64,000 bases of DNA, taken from positions 12,152,001 to 12,216,000 of the forward strand of contig JBHGNT010000006.1 of the NCBI GenBank assembly GCA_043228905.1, written 5' to 3'. The first letter of the stretch is position 1. Each line of letters opens with the position of its first letter. The position numbers were made by a program, and so were the translations under genes. The notes below the pieces were generated by a model, which saw only the letters and a list, made by a program, of their open reading frames with translations, searched no databases and was not told the DNA's origin. This DNA comes from Azolla caroliniana (Eukaryota > Plantae > Polypodiophyta). Positions 38,220 through 50,339 of the stretch are shown one piece after another.

Positions 38220-39099
38220 ATTACTTACTTCTTAGTACAGTTGTTGGTAGCATTCAAAACACGATGCATATTTCAAAGCATGTAGAAGAAAGAAACAAAG
38301 CTATATTAATATCTTTTAAGAGGCGAAAATGGCCTATAAGACCAAACAAGAGATGGCATCTTTTGTGTTGTCTCATCTTTCAGAACAACAAATCAAAATA
38401 AAATAAATATTACTAAGTAAATAAAATAAAAAGAGGTAAAAGAACCTGGTTTTCGGCACATGTGAGATTCTCAAGCTAGATATATTATAACTTGTCTTCG
38501 AAAGATCTCTAGCATAGGTCGATCCAGAATGGAGAGGTCTCCAAAGCGAGGGAAGCACCTATGGTGGTGGGAGATAATGGCCTTTATCTGTTGATGACAA
38601 GGGTGGGGAGGTCATGGTACATCGGGTCAGGGCCTACATGCATGACAATTTGCTATTTCCCGATCTATTGTAACCCCTTTGTTATGTCCTATTTGGGAGC
38701 CCATTGGTGTATCCCTTCATTGACTTATCACATTAGTAGATATGATGGGGCTAAAGAAAGTTGTGATTGTTCTTTATGGATAAGCTTGTGTGGCTGTACT
38801 ATTCTCCTTCAACAACTTTTCCCTATGTCTCTTGAGTTCTAGCAAGAAAAGTCCTAGGCTCCGATGATCCTCATATTCCATTACCTTGCGTAGTGGGCCA
38901 AAGCCTCATTTAAAGAGACAATGTTATCTTCCTCTTATTTCATAAAAAGCACTACACTTACAAACATAGGGTTCTTCAGCTTCCACTCCTTGACGATGCA
39001 ATTGGAAAATTCTTTCTTCTAGAGTTATTCGCGTATATTTGCCTACGATGTCATGAAGGATTTGCTTCATGATTTAAAAATGAACTTAAATATTATGTT

Positions 39100-39295
39100 C
39101 AAATACTTGAACCCATAACCTCACACACCAAGTGCGAAGTACACACCACTAGGTTAAGTTATTTGGTTTTAAGGTAATCATAAAGGATATAAAAATAAAC
39201 TAAAATATTGTGTTGAGTAACAGTTGAGAGACTTGAACCCACAACCTTACATGCCAACTACAAAGTACACACCACTAGACTAGGTTACTTGTTTT
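39100..39295 (-). repeat. Two tandem degenerate tRNA-like (SINE-head-like) units
   Basis: Minus strand TA(A/G)(C/T)CTAGTGG ... GGGTTCAAGT, i.e. Pol III A-box and B-box-like motifs at tRNA spacing, repeated with a ~125-bp period. Confidence 0.45.
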
Positions 39296-39604
39296 TAAAA
39301 TTATAAATTTCCACGATTGTACTTATCCCATGCCTATTTTCATACATGAAAGCTCAAATGAGCGAGATGTCTATCACGCATCACATGTAATGCATGAACA
39401 CCAAATGGTGATCATGCATCACCTGCATGTCTTGTACCCTCACATGCATTATATGCATGGGGGCACCTATAAAGAGAGGGGAATCAAGTAAGGGAAGGGG
39501 AAAGGAAAGGAATCAAGAGAAAGTTAGAGAAATAATATAATCAAACAAACAAGTTAGCTCATTTGGGAAGAGGCTCGTGTTTCGAAGTTGGAGTCAAGGG
39601 TTTG

Positions 39605-39867
39605 AATCTAGAGTTTAACGAAGAAAATTCGTATCTTGTATCCACATTGTACAATTGGTAAACTCTTGTATTCTTAATATAAAGCTTGTTCTTATCATAC
39701 CATTTCAATTCTTCAATCATATATTGTCTCTGTCTCTTTAAAATTTCGCCATCTCCCATTAACTTTAGTCCCTTGACTTCGTCGTACGAACCACAACTAC
39801 CCTGACAATCTAGAGTTTAACGAAGAAAAGTCGTATCTCGTATCCACATTGTACAGTTGGTAAACTC
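39605..39867 (+). repeat. Tandemly duplicated LTR-like 3' segment; the second copy continues at 62585-62780
   Basis: AATCTAGAGTTTAACGAAGAAAA... at 39605 and 39807; 39661-39740 matches 62580-62657. Confidence 0.85.
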
Positions 39868-42368
39868 TGATGAGAATCGCGGAATGTTACTAGGCCACAA
39901 CCGAGTCTAGAATCACAGAAAATGAGGATGGAGGAATCAGAAATGGGAACTAAAGAGTGAACACAAGATGTTTACATGGAAAACCCTAATAGGGAAAAAC
40001 CACGAGAGCCCACAGACTCTGAACTATCACTATGAAGAGAAGGGGTACAATCAGAGACTTGTAGGCAACGACCTCGAGCTCGGTTTCTTCGCCAGACGGC
40101 GGTTACAACAGAGTATCGCTCTCTATCTCTCTCTCCCTCTCTATCGCTCTCTGTCACTCTCTGTCGCTCTCTATCGCTCTCTGTCGCTCTCTCTATACAA
40201 CAATATGACAACAACAACAACTCCTAATAAGTGTTTGCCCTAGGTCATATTTATACTAATATGCCTTTAGGACTATTTAGAAATATAGCCTTCATGAGCT
40301 TACTAAAAAAAACATATCTACAAATATGTCTTCTACATCCAGTTCTCACCGGGTCCTCATCATCTGGTTCTCACCGGGTCTTCTACATCTGGTTCTCAAG
40401 ATCCCATCCGGAGGGACCGAAATCCCAACAATCTCCCCCTTCACTCCGGCATGGGATGTCTCGTCAGCCCAATCCGCCTCCGGCATGCGTCCAGCTTGTC
40501 GGGTGTCAGCACTTTGGTCAGCATGTCCGACATGTTCTCCTCTGTGTGGATTTTTGTCAGCATGAACTCTTGATCTTCTACTCTTTCCTGGATCCAATTG
40601 TACCTCTATTGGATATGCTTCGTCTAGGAATGGTAGGCCGCATTCTTTGCAAGGTGGATGACACTCTGACTGTCGTAATAGAGCCAGTATTCCTCCTATC
40701 GGATCCCTAGCTCACCGATGAAGACCTTCATCCAGATTATTTCCTTACCGGCTTCCACAACTGCCATGTACTCCGCTTCCGTGGTTGACAACGCAACCGT
40801 CTTCTGTAGCCTCGACTGCCAGGAAAAAACTCCCCCTGCATAGGTCATGACATATCCGGATGTAGATCAGTTGGTATCTGCATCAGCCGACATATCCGAA
40901 TCCGTGAATCCGCCAAGTTGGGGATTACCGGAGCCGAACCGGAGGCACATACTCGTGGTGCCTTTCAAATACCGGAGTATCCACTTGACCGCATTCCAGT
41001 GCTCTCTTCTGGGATTGCTCATGAAACGGCTCACCACTCCGACTGCATATCTGATATCCGGCTGGGTACACACCATTGCGTACATCAAGCTCCCGACGGC
41101 AGAGGCATATGTTATCTTCATCATATCCAACTCCACTCCTTTCTTTTGTTGGAACCCCTTCACCACGATTCAGGCTTTGTATCTTGGTGGGTTTCTGGCA
41201 TCTCCCGGTTCAGGTTGTACACCCACTTGTTCCGGAGTGCTCTCGTCCCTTTCGGCAACTCCATCAGTTCATATGTGTGGTTATCATTCAGGGAATCCAT
41301 CTCGTCCTACATGGCACCCAACCATTTGCGGTTGTGGGTGTCTCTCTTTGCTTCTTCAAAGCTTTCTGGCTCCCCCTCATCGGTTAGCAACACATGCTCT
41401 GCATCCGAAAATCTCCGGGGGGGTCTTCTCTCTTGGAGAGGATATCACTGTGCTTGGTTTCTGACTACCGGTTCCTCCGTCTGCTCTGAATCCGAATTCG
41501 ATTCGAGATCTTTTTTGGTTCTGGTGTCTTCTTCTTCTTCTTCGGTCGGTTCGGTTTCCTGTCCGTATCTGGCCGGTTCGTCGAGTGTCATTCAGTTACC
41601 GGCTAACATCCGGTTTTCAACCGGGTATATCCTTGTGTCCTCAAGCCGGTGTCGTGAAGCTTTTCGTCCATAGGGGGAAAACCGAGCGGAGTGAGCAAAA
41701 CTGGGATGTGCAACGTTGCACACGCACATGATGTATTTGTAAAATATTAAAAAGAACAAATGTAAATTGTAAGAAATGCACCACAAGATTCCTAAATTGT
41801 AAATGTGATGTGCACTTATGTGCACATCCACATGAGAAAGAGAGGGGTACATAGGAGTACGAGGTGAGTAATGGGCATAATATTGTGTGTGAGGAGTGGG
41901 AATTAAGGCCCCATCAATCCCTCCTCCAAGAATATAAGCAAATATCCCCCATTGAATGAAGGGGATATTTAGTCTCTCCTTTTTGTAACGGCTTTCTCTC
42001 CTTATGCTATAAAAGGAGAGGAAGGGGCACCATTGAAGGGGTTGCCTATTTTGAATGAGAAGAGGTATACCACTTAGGTCGAGGGTTTCTATCGGTTTAG
42101 GGTTTCTTCATTTCTTTCTTTACTTATCCGATTAGGGTTTACATTCTACTTATGTTTTGAGTCCGGCCCACACGGCCGCGATTGTAATCGCATTGCGGCT
42201 TTCATGCCCATAATATACATAACTTCATAAATCTTGTCTCATTCTACTTTCTCTACCGTGCTAATCTCTTCCACTTTGCTCATACCCGTCTTCCCATCTA
42301 CTCCCTAGTCCAAGACCCCCGTGGTCCCGCCTTATTCTACATGCACGCACGGAAATATGTGACATCTT

Positions 42369-42387
42369 TGGTGAACCCGACGTGAAT
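42369..42387 (+). promoter_or_regulatory. Primer binding site complementary to the tRNA-Trp 3' end
   Basis: TGGTGAACCCGACGTGAAT, 4 nt after the LTR, is the reverse complement of ...ATTCACGTCGGGTTCACCA, the plant cytosolic tRNA-Trp 3' end as recalled. Confidence 0.8.
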
Positions 42388-43455
42388 AGGCGGCAAGGGA
42401 GAAAGAGGATGGAAGAGGAAGACATCACGGAAGTAATGGCGAGGGTTTTTGCAAGGCAAAGAGAAAGACGGGATGAGGCATATGAGTATGATCGATGCGA
42501 GTTTGGTCTATGGGTAGCGTCGGTGAAGGCTCCTCGGAGCGCAATGAAAGCATTCCAAGAGTTCGAGCATCATTTTGCTCAACTCTCGGACCGGGATCGA
42601 AGATCGGTGGGGCCGGACAAGGTCCTACTATTTTTAAAGTCGGTCGATGAAAAGGGGAGAATGGCCATTTTATCTGAACTCGAAGACGATGAAGGGGCGT
42701 ACGGCCTCACCGAGGATTGGAACGAGGTAGAGAGGGTATGCTGACGACATGAGGAGATGCGGTCGTCCGCAACACAGTCCGCAAGCAACGACGAAAGGAG
42801 GATGGTGAGTGACTACCCGTCACCGCCAACGGAGGAAAGCTCACCGCAGAATGGTTCGAAGGAGCTCAACATCAAAGCCTTGGTACGAGAAGCGTACAAG
42901 ATCGTGAAGGCACAAATCGAAGTTGAAAAAGGGTCTACTATGGAGACGGGTCGGAGACAATCGGAGGATGCAGAGGAAGAAGCCTCCCTATGCGTGGATG
43001 ACGGGGACTATGTGGAGGCTGGAAGAGCATACGACGGTGACGTGGGAGAGGGTGCGGAGCAAGCAACCCTCTCGTCTTGCGGTGAATGGACGGCCATGGA
43101 TGAGGCCGGTGACTACGGAGCGGGGAGCGCCACTTCGAGAGTGGGCAGAGGATTCGAGACACGATGGCCCGAAACATCAAGCGGGGAGAAGACGAGCGGC
43201 GGTGCCGGGATCTTACCCACACCGGTTCTAGAGACTCCGGCATCCGGCCCGAGAGCCGGTGTGAGACCTAGAGTGACGGACGGTGGCGGTGGCAAGTGTC
43301 GAATACGAGTGTATAATGGCCGTATTCACACTATCCCTTTGGACAACCCAAGTTTGAGCTATTTCTGTAAATAGCATAAAGGGCAGTTGCCCTAGGATAG
43401 TTACTATATAAAGTGACTTCGTAACCTTTAGTGGAGGGGGGTTGTCATTTGTAAC

Positions 43456-44618
43456 CTTCATTGCGTGCCGATCCGCCTCGTTTGCCACGACTATGGGGCC
43501 TATCTTCGTCCATGTACAACATCTTGTTGTCGGTGTGCGTACTTGTTGACGCACCCGCATGATTTTCCTCCACGAGCAACATCGACTGAAGCTCGAAGAA
43601 CGAAAGCGTAATCCCCCTTGTGCAGACCGCCGTTCGGAATGCTCCGAACTTTGACTCTAACCCTCCAAGACAAACCTGCACCATTTCGTCCTCCTCGACA
43701 TTCACGTTGATGGAGGTGAGGGAATCGCAGATCTCCTTGATTCGGGCCGTGTAATCGGCCACATACTGATCTTTCTGTCGGACATTGCTGAGCTCCTATC
43801 TAAGTTGCAACTTCTTGCCCATTGTGCTAGCGCAAAAAATCCTCTTGAGATTCGCCCATGCATTCTTTGGTGTCTTAGTATCCCGAATGTAGCTCAAGAG
43901 CTGGTCTCTCACACAGGATGCGAAGCAGTAAAGAACTCTGCTTGCCGCTTGTTCCCAAGCCGGAAAGTCTCTATGTGTCGATTCGGGTGCTGCATCATTA
44001 ACACCTTCAATATAACTCCAGCAACCATTACCAAGCTGATACTGGTGCATCTTGTACGACCAAGATGCGTAGTTGCTCCTGTCGAGCTTCTCAGTCGGTA
44101 GTGAGCTTCCCATGCATCTGTCCATATTGTTGTCTTATCCTTTCCGAAAGCAACAGCTTAACTCAGTCTTTAGCCCTCACGCTCTAATACCATATAAAAG
44201 AATACGTGTGCAGAAGAGTATGCGTAAGAGCACAGAGTATACAGTTCAGAATTACGTCAGTTCGATAAAATGCAAAAATCATAGAGAAAGAGAGGGAGAG
44301 ACAGAGTTCACAGAAAATACAAAACTATATTCAAAAAATAATTCTCTGTATGTTCTTTGTACATATTTCATGCTCAATGAGCACCTTTTATACAAGCCTT
44401 GACTATCGGGCTGACACAAGTACTGACAGTACTTGACCGCTCATAAATGAGCCTTCTACACTAACTCCCAAAACTATTCCTTACGAGGAATAAAGTTCTA
44501 ACGGCCTTTTGGTTTAAACACCGCCACAACCATATTTTGCGTACGATTTTATGCATCTAGTCTACACACTGGGTTACGCACCCGTTTACGCACCCAATGT
44601 TGAGCTTGTCTCTCAACA
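43456..44618 (-). mobile_element. 5' fragment of a family F copia (LTR, PBS, gag)
   Basis: LTR ~44194-44618 beginning TGTTGAG on the minus strand; PBS TGGTATTAGAGC at 44181-44192; gag KLDRSNYASWSYKM...LQSMLLVEE. Confidence 0.85.
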
Positions 44619-44926
44619 TAAGGTTATAATGTACTATCCACCGGAATGAGACTTCGCATCTACATAGCATACATCGGTGTGTACGAGTTCCATAATGGTT
44701 TTCTTCTGAATCGAGGGCCTCGATCGAAATGCGACTCTATTTTGTTTGTTGATTAGGCAATCGGCACACTTATCCAGATGCACTTTCTTCACCTCCGGTA
44801 GGAGTTATTTTTAGGCTAGCATCTACATTCCCTTCTGGCTCATGTGGCATAGCCTCTTATGCCATAGCTCACCGGTTGTGTCGGTTTCCACCTTTACCTC
44901 ATTTCGGCATAATCAAGCATGCATCA

Positions 44927-46097
44927 TGTTGGGAATTTGGTCCCTCTGGATGGGATCCAGATGAGCCGGATCGGATAAGCCAAAGGAAGGAACCAGACCG
45001 GATGGGTTCGAAAGGTACCCAGATACTGGATCAGATGGATTCGGAAGGAGTCCGGCCGGATCCGATATGAACCAGCAAATAGGAACATATTAGTAAATAT
45101 GTTCAAAAGTGACCGTTGAGGTCATATTAGTAAATATGTTCAAAAGTATAAATATAACTAGGGCAACAATGTTCATAATGATGTTGTTATCATTGTACAG
45201 AGAGAGAGACAAGGAGAGAGAGAGAGAGAGCGAGAGAGAAACAGAAAAAACCGTTCTGTTGTAACCGCCGGTTCATGAAGGTAGAGCTCGAGGTCATTGC
45301 CTCTGAGTCTCACATTGTTGTACCTCTCGTCTATAGTGATCCTGTTTGGAGTTCCGAGAACTTCGGTGGTTTTTCCTCTTGAGGTTTTCCACATTAATAC
45401 TCTGTGTCGTCTAATTTTCTATGTTCTATTTTCTTTCATTGAGTGAGTGAGACTCGGTTGTGACCGAGCACTATTCCTCACAATTTGGTATCAGAGCATG
45501 GAGGATCCATTCGGCGGCATATTCAACCTCACCAGCTCCAACTACTCAGTGTGGAAGTCGACGATGAGGGACATGCTCATGGTTAAAGATCTACGGTTGC
45601 TAGTACAGTTAAGAGACAAACAACCAGACAAGATTGATGCATTAACATGGGAGGTGATGGATATGAAGACGACAACCTATATACGATGTTTCATCGACAT
45701 GAGCCTATACAAAAACTTCAATGAAGAGAGTAAGGCTCATGAACTCTGGGAGAAGATAGGCATCCTGTTTGAGAACAAGAATGTCGTAAACCGAGTCTCG
45801 GTCTTCCGGAAGTTAGTGAAATTCATATATCAAGACGACTCTAGTATGACCGAGCACATGAATGCCTTCCAGGGGCTGATAAACCAAACAACCTCATTGG
45901 AAGTACCTCTAGCCGACGAGGTACTCGCGTTCATGTTGTGGGGTTCCCTCCCGGATAGTTGGGAGACGCTAGTTATCACTTTGGGCAACGCCGGGGCAGA
46001 AGGTAAACACCTGTCCCTAGCAAGGGTAAAATCAATCTTGCTGGATGAAGAAGATCGCCGGAAGGACCGGGAGTCCGGAACTGATCCGAAGGCCTTG
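44927..46097 (+). mobile_element. 5' fragment of a family B copia (LTR, PBS, gag)
   Basis: LTR 44927-45482; PBS TGGTATCAGAGC at 45486-45497 directly followed by ATG 45498; gag NYSVWKS...SLPDSWETLV. Confidence 0.9.
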
Positions 46098-46289
46098 TGT
46101 CGAATACGAGTGTATACTGGTCGTATTCACATTGTCCCTTTGGACAACCCAAGTTTGGGCTATTTCTGTAAATAGCATAAAGGGCAGTTGCCCTAGGATA
46201 GTCACTATATAAAGTGACTTTGTAACCTTTAGTGAATGGGGTTGTCATTTGTAATTGTTGCTATTAAGAAATAAAACGCTTCGTTGTAC

Positions 46290-46326
<37 letters not shown>

Positions 46327-49300
46327 TCTGTGTATCTTGTTCATTCTCATACACAGGTCCTTCAACATCACAGATGTTGTTTGTTCTTCCGCATTAACGA
46401 CCTTGTCCCCAACATTTGGTATCAGAGTGTTGGAGGTTCTTCAACCCACTGTCGGCTGTCATAGTACACCACACAACATTCTGGTTCTGTTTTTCTTGAA
46501 GAACAGAGAAGAGAGAAGACAAACAAGAAGTCTGCATGTCACTGTGTTAAATCACTAATTGGAGTAAGCTAGCCGGTTGTACACTGTTCTTGTGATTGTA
46601 ACCACTTGAGGTGAGCTCCTTGTGCAACACCTGACCCAATCGTGCTTCATTTGGTTAAACAACGTCCGAATAGGTCACCGGACGCTATTCACCCGCTTGT
46701 TGTAACCACCCGCTGTAGATTGGTCTCCAGGCAACAACCAAATTTGTGCTTCATTCGGCTGATCGACATTCGGGAGGATCAGTTGGGTCCGTCCCTCTCA
46801 TCGCTGCAGTCATCCGAAGCAGAATTGGCCTAAACAATCGGTTTCTTGTGATTAGTATTCGGCATACAATCGGAAGCTAACTGAAGTCACTCCAAGAAGG
46901 TTCAACAAACAAGTATCCGAAACCAAACCGACTCGGGTTCAAGACCGACTAGAACGATATCGGGTGAGCCGATTGGCTGCACCCCACTAAGGTTCCTAGT
47001 CAACTCCGAACAGAGTCTTACCAACCGAAACCGAATAAGATGGCATCAACATTCGGCTCATCAGAGATGAGTCTAAGGAGGTTCGATGGTTTGAACTTCA
47101 ACTTCTCGAAGGAACAAATGCAAGACTATCTCATAGTCAAGGATCAAATAGACCCGATTGAGAATGAAAATCCTCCAGAAGCATACAAGGCAAACGAGTG
47201 GCTAAAGCTGGACAGAATCGTCCATGCCACTATTCGGATGCACTTGTCGGAGTCAGTGTACTTCACAGTGCAATCATGCTCGACAGCTTTTGAACTTTAG
47301 AAAACACTATTGGAAACTTATGAAAAGAAGGTCGCCGCAACAAAGATGTATCTGATCTGGCACCTCTACAACTTGCGGGTGAAAGAATCTGATTCGGTTC
47401 AGGCACATGTCAACGAGTACGAAAGCCTAAGCTCCCAAATATCGTCTCAGGGGTGGCAATAGAGGATGAACTTAGAGCAATGATACTCATGAGTAGTCTC
47501 CCCTCTTCTTGGGAAACTTTCGTCACAACCGTGTGCAATGCTTCAACAACTGCCATTAAGTACTCCGAAATCACGAGCACAATCCTGACTGAAGCAGCTC
47601 GGAGAAAGTGTTTCGCCAAAGACTTGGCAGATGAAGCTTACGTAGTACAAGGTTCGATCGACCGATCGAACAACCGGGGAATAAGTTCTTCCCGACTGCC
47701 GAACAATCAGCGCAGCCAGAGCAAGTCCCGAGACAACCGAATTTGCAACTATTGCAAGAAACCGGGACACATCAAAGCCGACTGCCGGGTACTCAAAGCA
47801 AAATCCGACAAAGCTCAGAGAGCGAATCAAAAGAGTAGCCAGCATGAGGAGGTCACCTACGTCGGCTCTTTAGCCGAAATTTTGACGACCAACCCGAACA
47901 TACTGTGACCAACCCGAACATATTGTCCATAGAGAACCCAGTCGAATCAGAAGTTTTGCTTACGATTGAGGAATTGAGCACATGGCTCCTGAACTCGGGC
48001 GCATTGTATCATGTGACACCTCACCGATCTCAGTTTCGGCAATACTCGGACTAGCACTCCGACTCAGTTCGAGTCGGGAACTTGCAACACTGTGCCATAA
48101 TCGGAATTGGCACCGTAGAGCTCAACCTTCCGGGTGGCTCTAAACTTGTACTACACAACGTCCGACACGTTCCTGAGCTTTCAAGACCCTTGATCTTAGT
48201 CGGACAACTTGACGAAGCCGACATCCGTGCTGGGTTCTCATCAGGAGGGTGGACACTCCACAAAGGGAACCTCCTGCTTGCTCAAGGACCAAAGGTACAC
48301 TCTTTGTACCCTTTATATGTCACACTCAAAGAGGGTGACTTATTTTTGGTTGATATCCCTGTGTCATCGTTATGGCACGGACGACTTGGACACCTCAGCA
48401 AGGCCAACATAACGCACCTATCCAGAGCCGGTTACATCCCTAAGCTCTCCTTCTCGGATCACCAATTCTGCAAGCATTGCCAATACGATAAATAGGTAGC
48501 CGCATCACACCCGACATCAGCACCAAGAGAATCGAGTCCCCTTGATTTGGTCCACTCGGACGTCTGTGGCCCGATGCCACATCAGTCTCTCGGCAATGCT
48601 TTGTACTTCGTCAGTTTTATTGACGACTCGACTCGGAAGGTGTGGGCTTACCCCATTAGAACCAAAGATCGGGTGTTCTCGATCTTCTTCGAATGGCTTG
48701 CAATGGTCGAAAACCAGACCAGTCGGAAACTAAAATGTCTTTGAACCGATAATGGAGGAGAATTCAAGTCTGACGAATTCGTCAAATTTTGCCAGGAACG
48801 TGGCATTCAAAGTGAATATACGACACCCTATAGGCCGGAGCAGAACGGAATCACTAAACACATGAATCAGACGATTCAAGAACGCATAGTATCCATGCTC
48901 CAACACTCCAGACTATTGGATGGCTTCTGGGCAGATGCTCTACTTACGGCAATACACATAATAAATATGTCACCAAGTAGACCTCTAGGACTTAAAATAC
49001 CTCAGGAAACATGGACCGACAGTAAGTGGAATTATGACAAGCTAAGGATCTTCGGCTGCGAGGCGTATGCCCTCATACCGAAAGATGACCACCGGAAACT
49101 CGAACCAAGATCAAGGAAATGCGTTTTCCTTGGATATGGGCCCGACGGCGAGATCAGATACCGACTCTAGGACCCTGAGCACAAACAAATCGTCTAAAGT
49201 TTGGACATCGTGTTCAACGAGTCAACTATGCATAAAATAGTCGAAAGGCCTATTGAAGTCCGCAGGGTAATATTTTCCGAAGTGCCAACCCTTCATGAAG

Positions 49301-50339
49301 GCCCAACCCACAACATGAGATCGGTTTCACGGGTAACTAACACCTCCCGTCCTAAATCCACTGATTCAGCACAGCTGAATGGCTCGATTTCCAACCATCC
49401 GACACCTATGCACAACATGAGATCGGTTTCCGGAAAGGTACACTCATGGAATTTTCTTTACCGACGTCGGCGAACCGACGTCTTACGAAGAAGCATCGGC
49501 ATCTGCCGACTCATCTACCTAGCATCTGGCGATGGAGTCGGAAATGCACTCCATTCACGCAAACAAGACTTGGGACTTGGTCGAATTATCGAAGAATCGA
49601 CTAAAAGAGACGTCCGACTCGACCAATCCAAAGTACAAGGCCAGATTAGTTGCGAAGGGATTTTGACAAGAATATGGTGTTGACTTCAACGAAATCTTTT
49701 CACCAGTGGTGAAAATGACAACCCTTCGTTTCATGCTCGGCGTCGTGGCCACCGACAACTTGGAGCTGATTCAACTAGATGTAAAAACAACATTCCTCCA
49801 CGGTGACTTACAGGAGGAAATCTATATGGAGCAGCCGAAAGGCTTTGTGGCATCCAGCCAGGAACATCTAGTCTGCTGACTCTGGAAGAGTTTATACGGC
49901 CTGAAGTAGGCACCCCGACAATGGTACAAGAAGTTCAACGACTTCATCTAGCCGGTCAGCTTCTCCAAGAGTGATGAGGACCACTGTCTCTTCACCAAAA
50001 CAGCTCAAGACGGGTCTCCCGTCTTCCTCATCATTTACGTGGACGACATGCTACTCTCCAGCTGACATGCCGGAGAGCTCACCGAACTCGTTCGGAAACT
50101 GCGGTTGAAGTTTGCCATGAAGGACCTCGGTCTGGCAAGACACATACTTGGTATGAAGATTAGTCGGCATCGCGATAAACGACAACTTTTCTTGTCTCAA
50201 ACCGACTACATCGGACGTGTCTTGGAACGCTTCAACATGCACTCGGCCAAGTCTGCTTCGACCCCGCTCCCCATTAACCTTCGGCTGTCTCAGCGAGACT
50301 GCCCGACATCCGGTCCGAAGGGGGAAGATATGAAGTCAG

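Noticed and set aside
40918-41673. Plus-strand 205-251 aa ORFs
   Set aside because: Antisense shadows of minus-strand copia pol.
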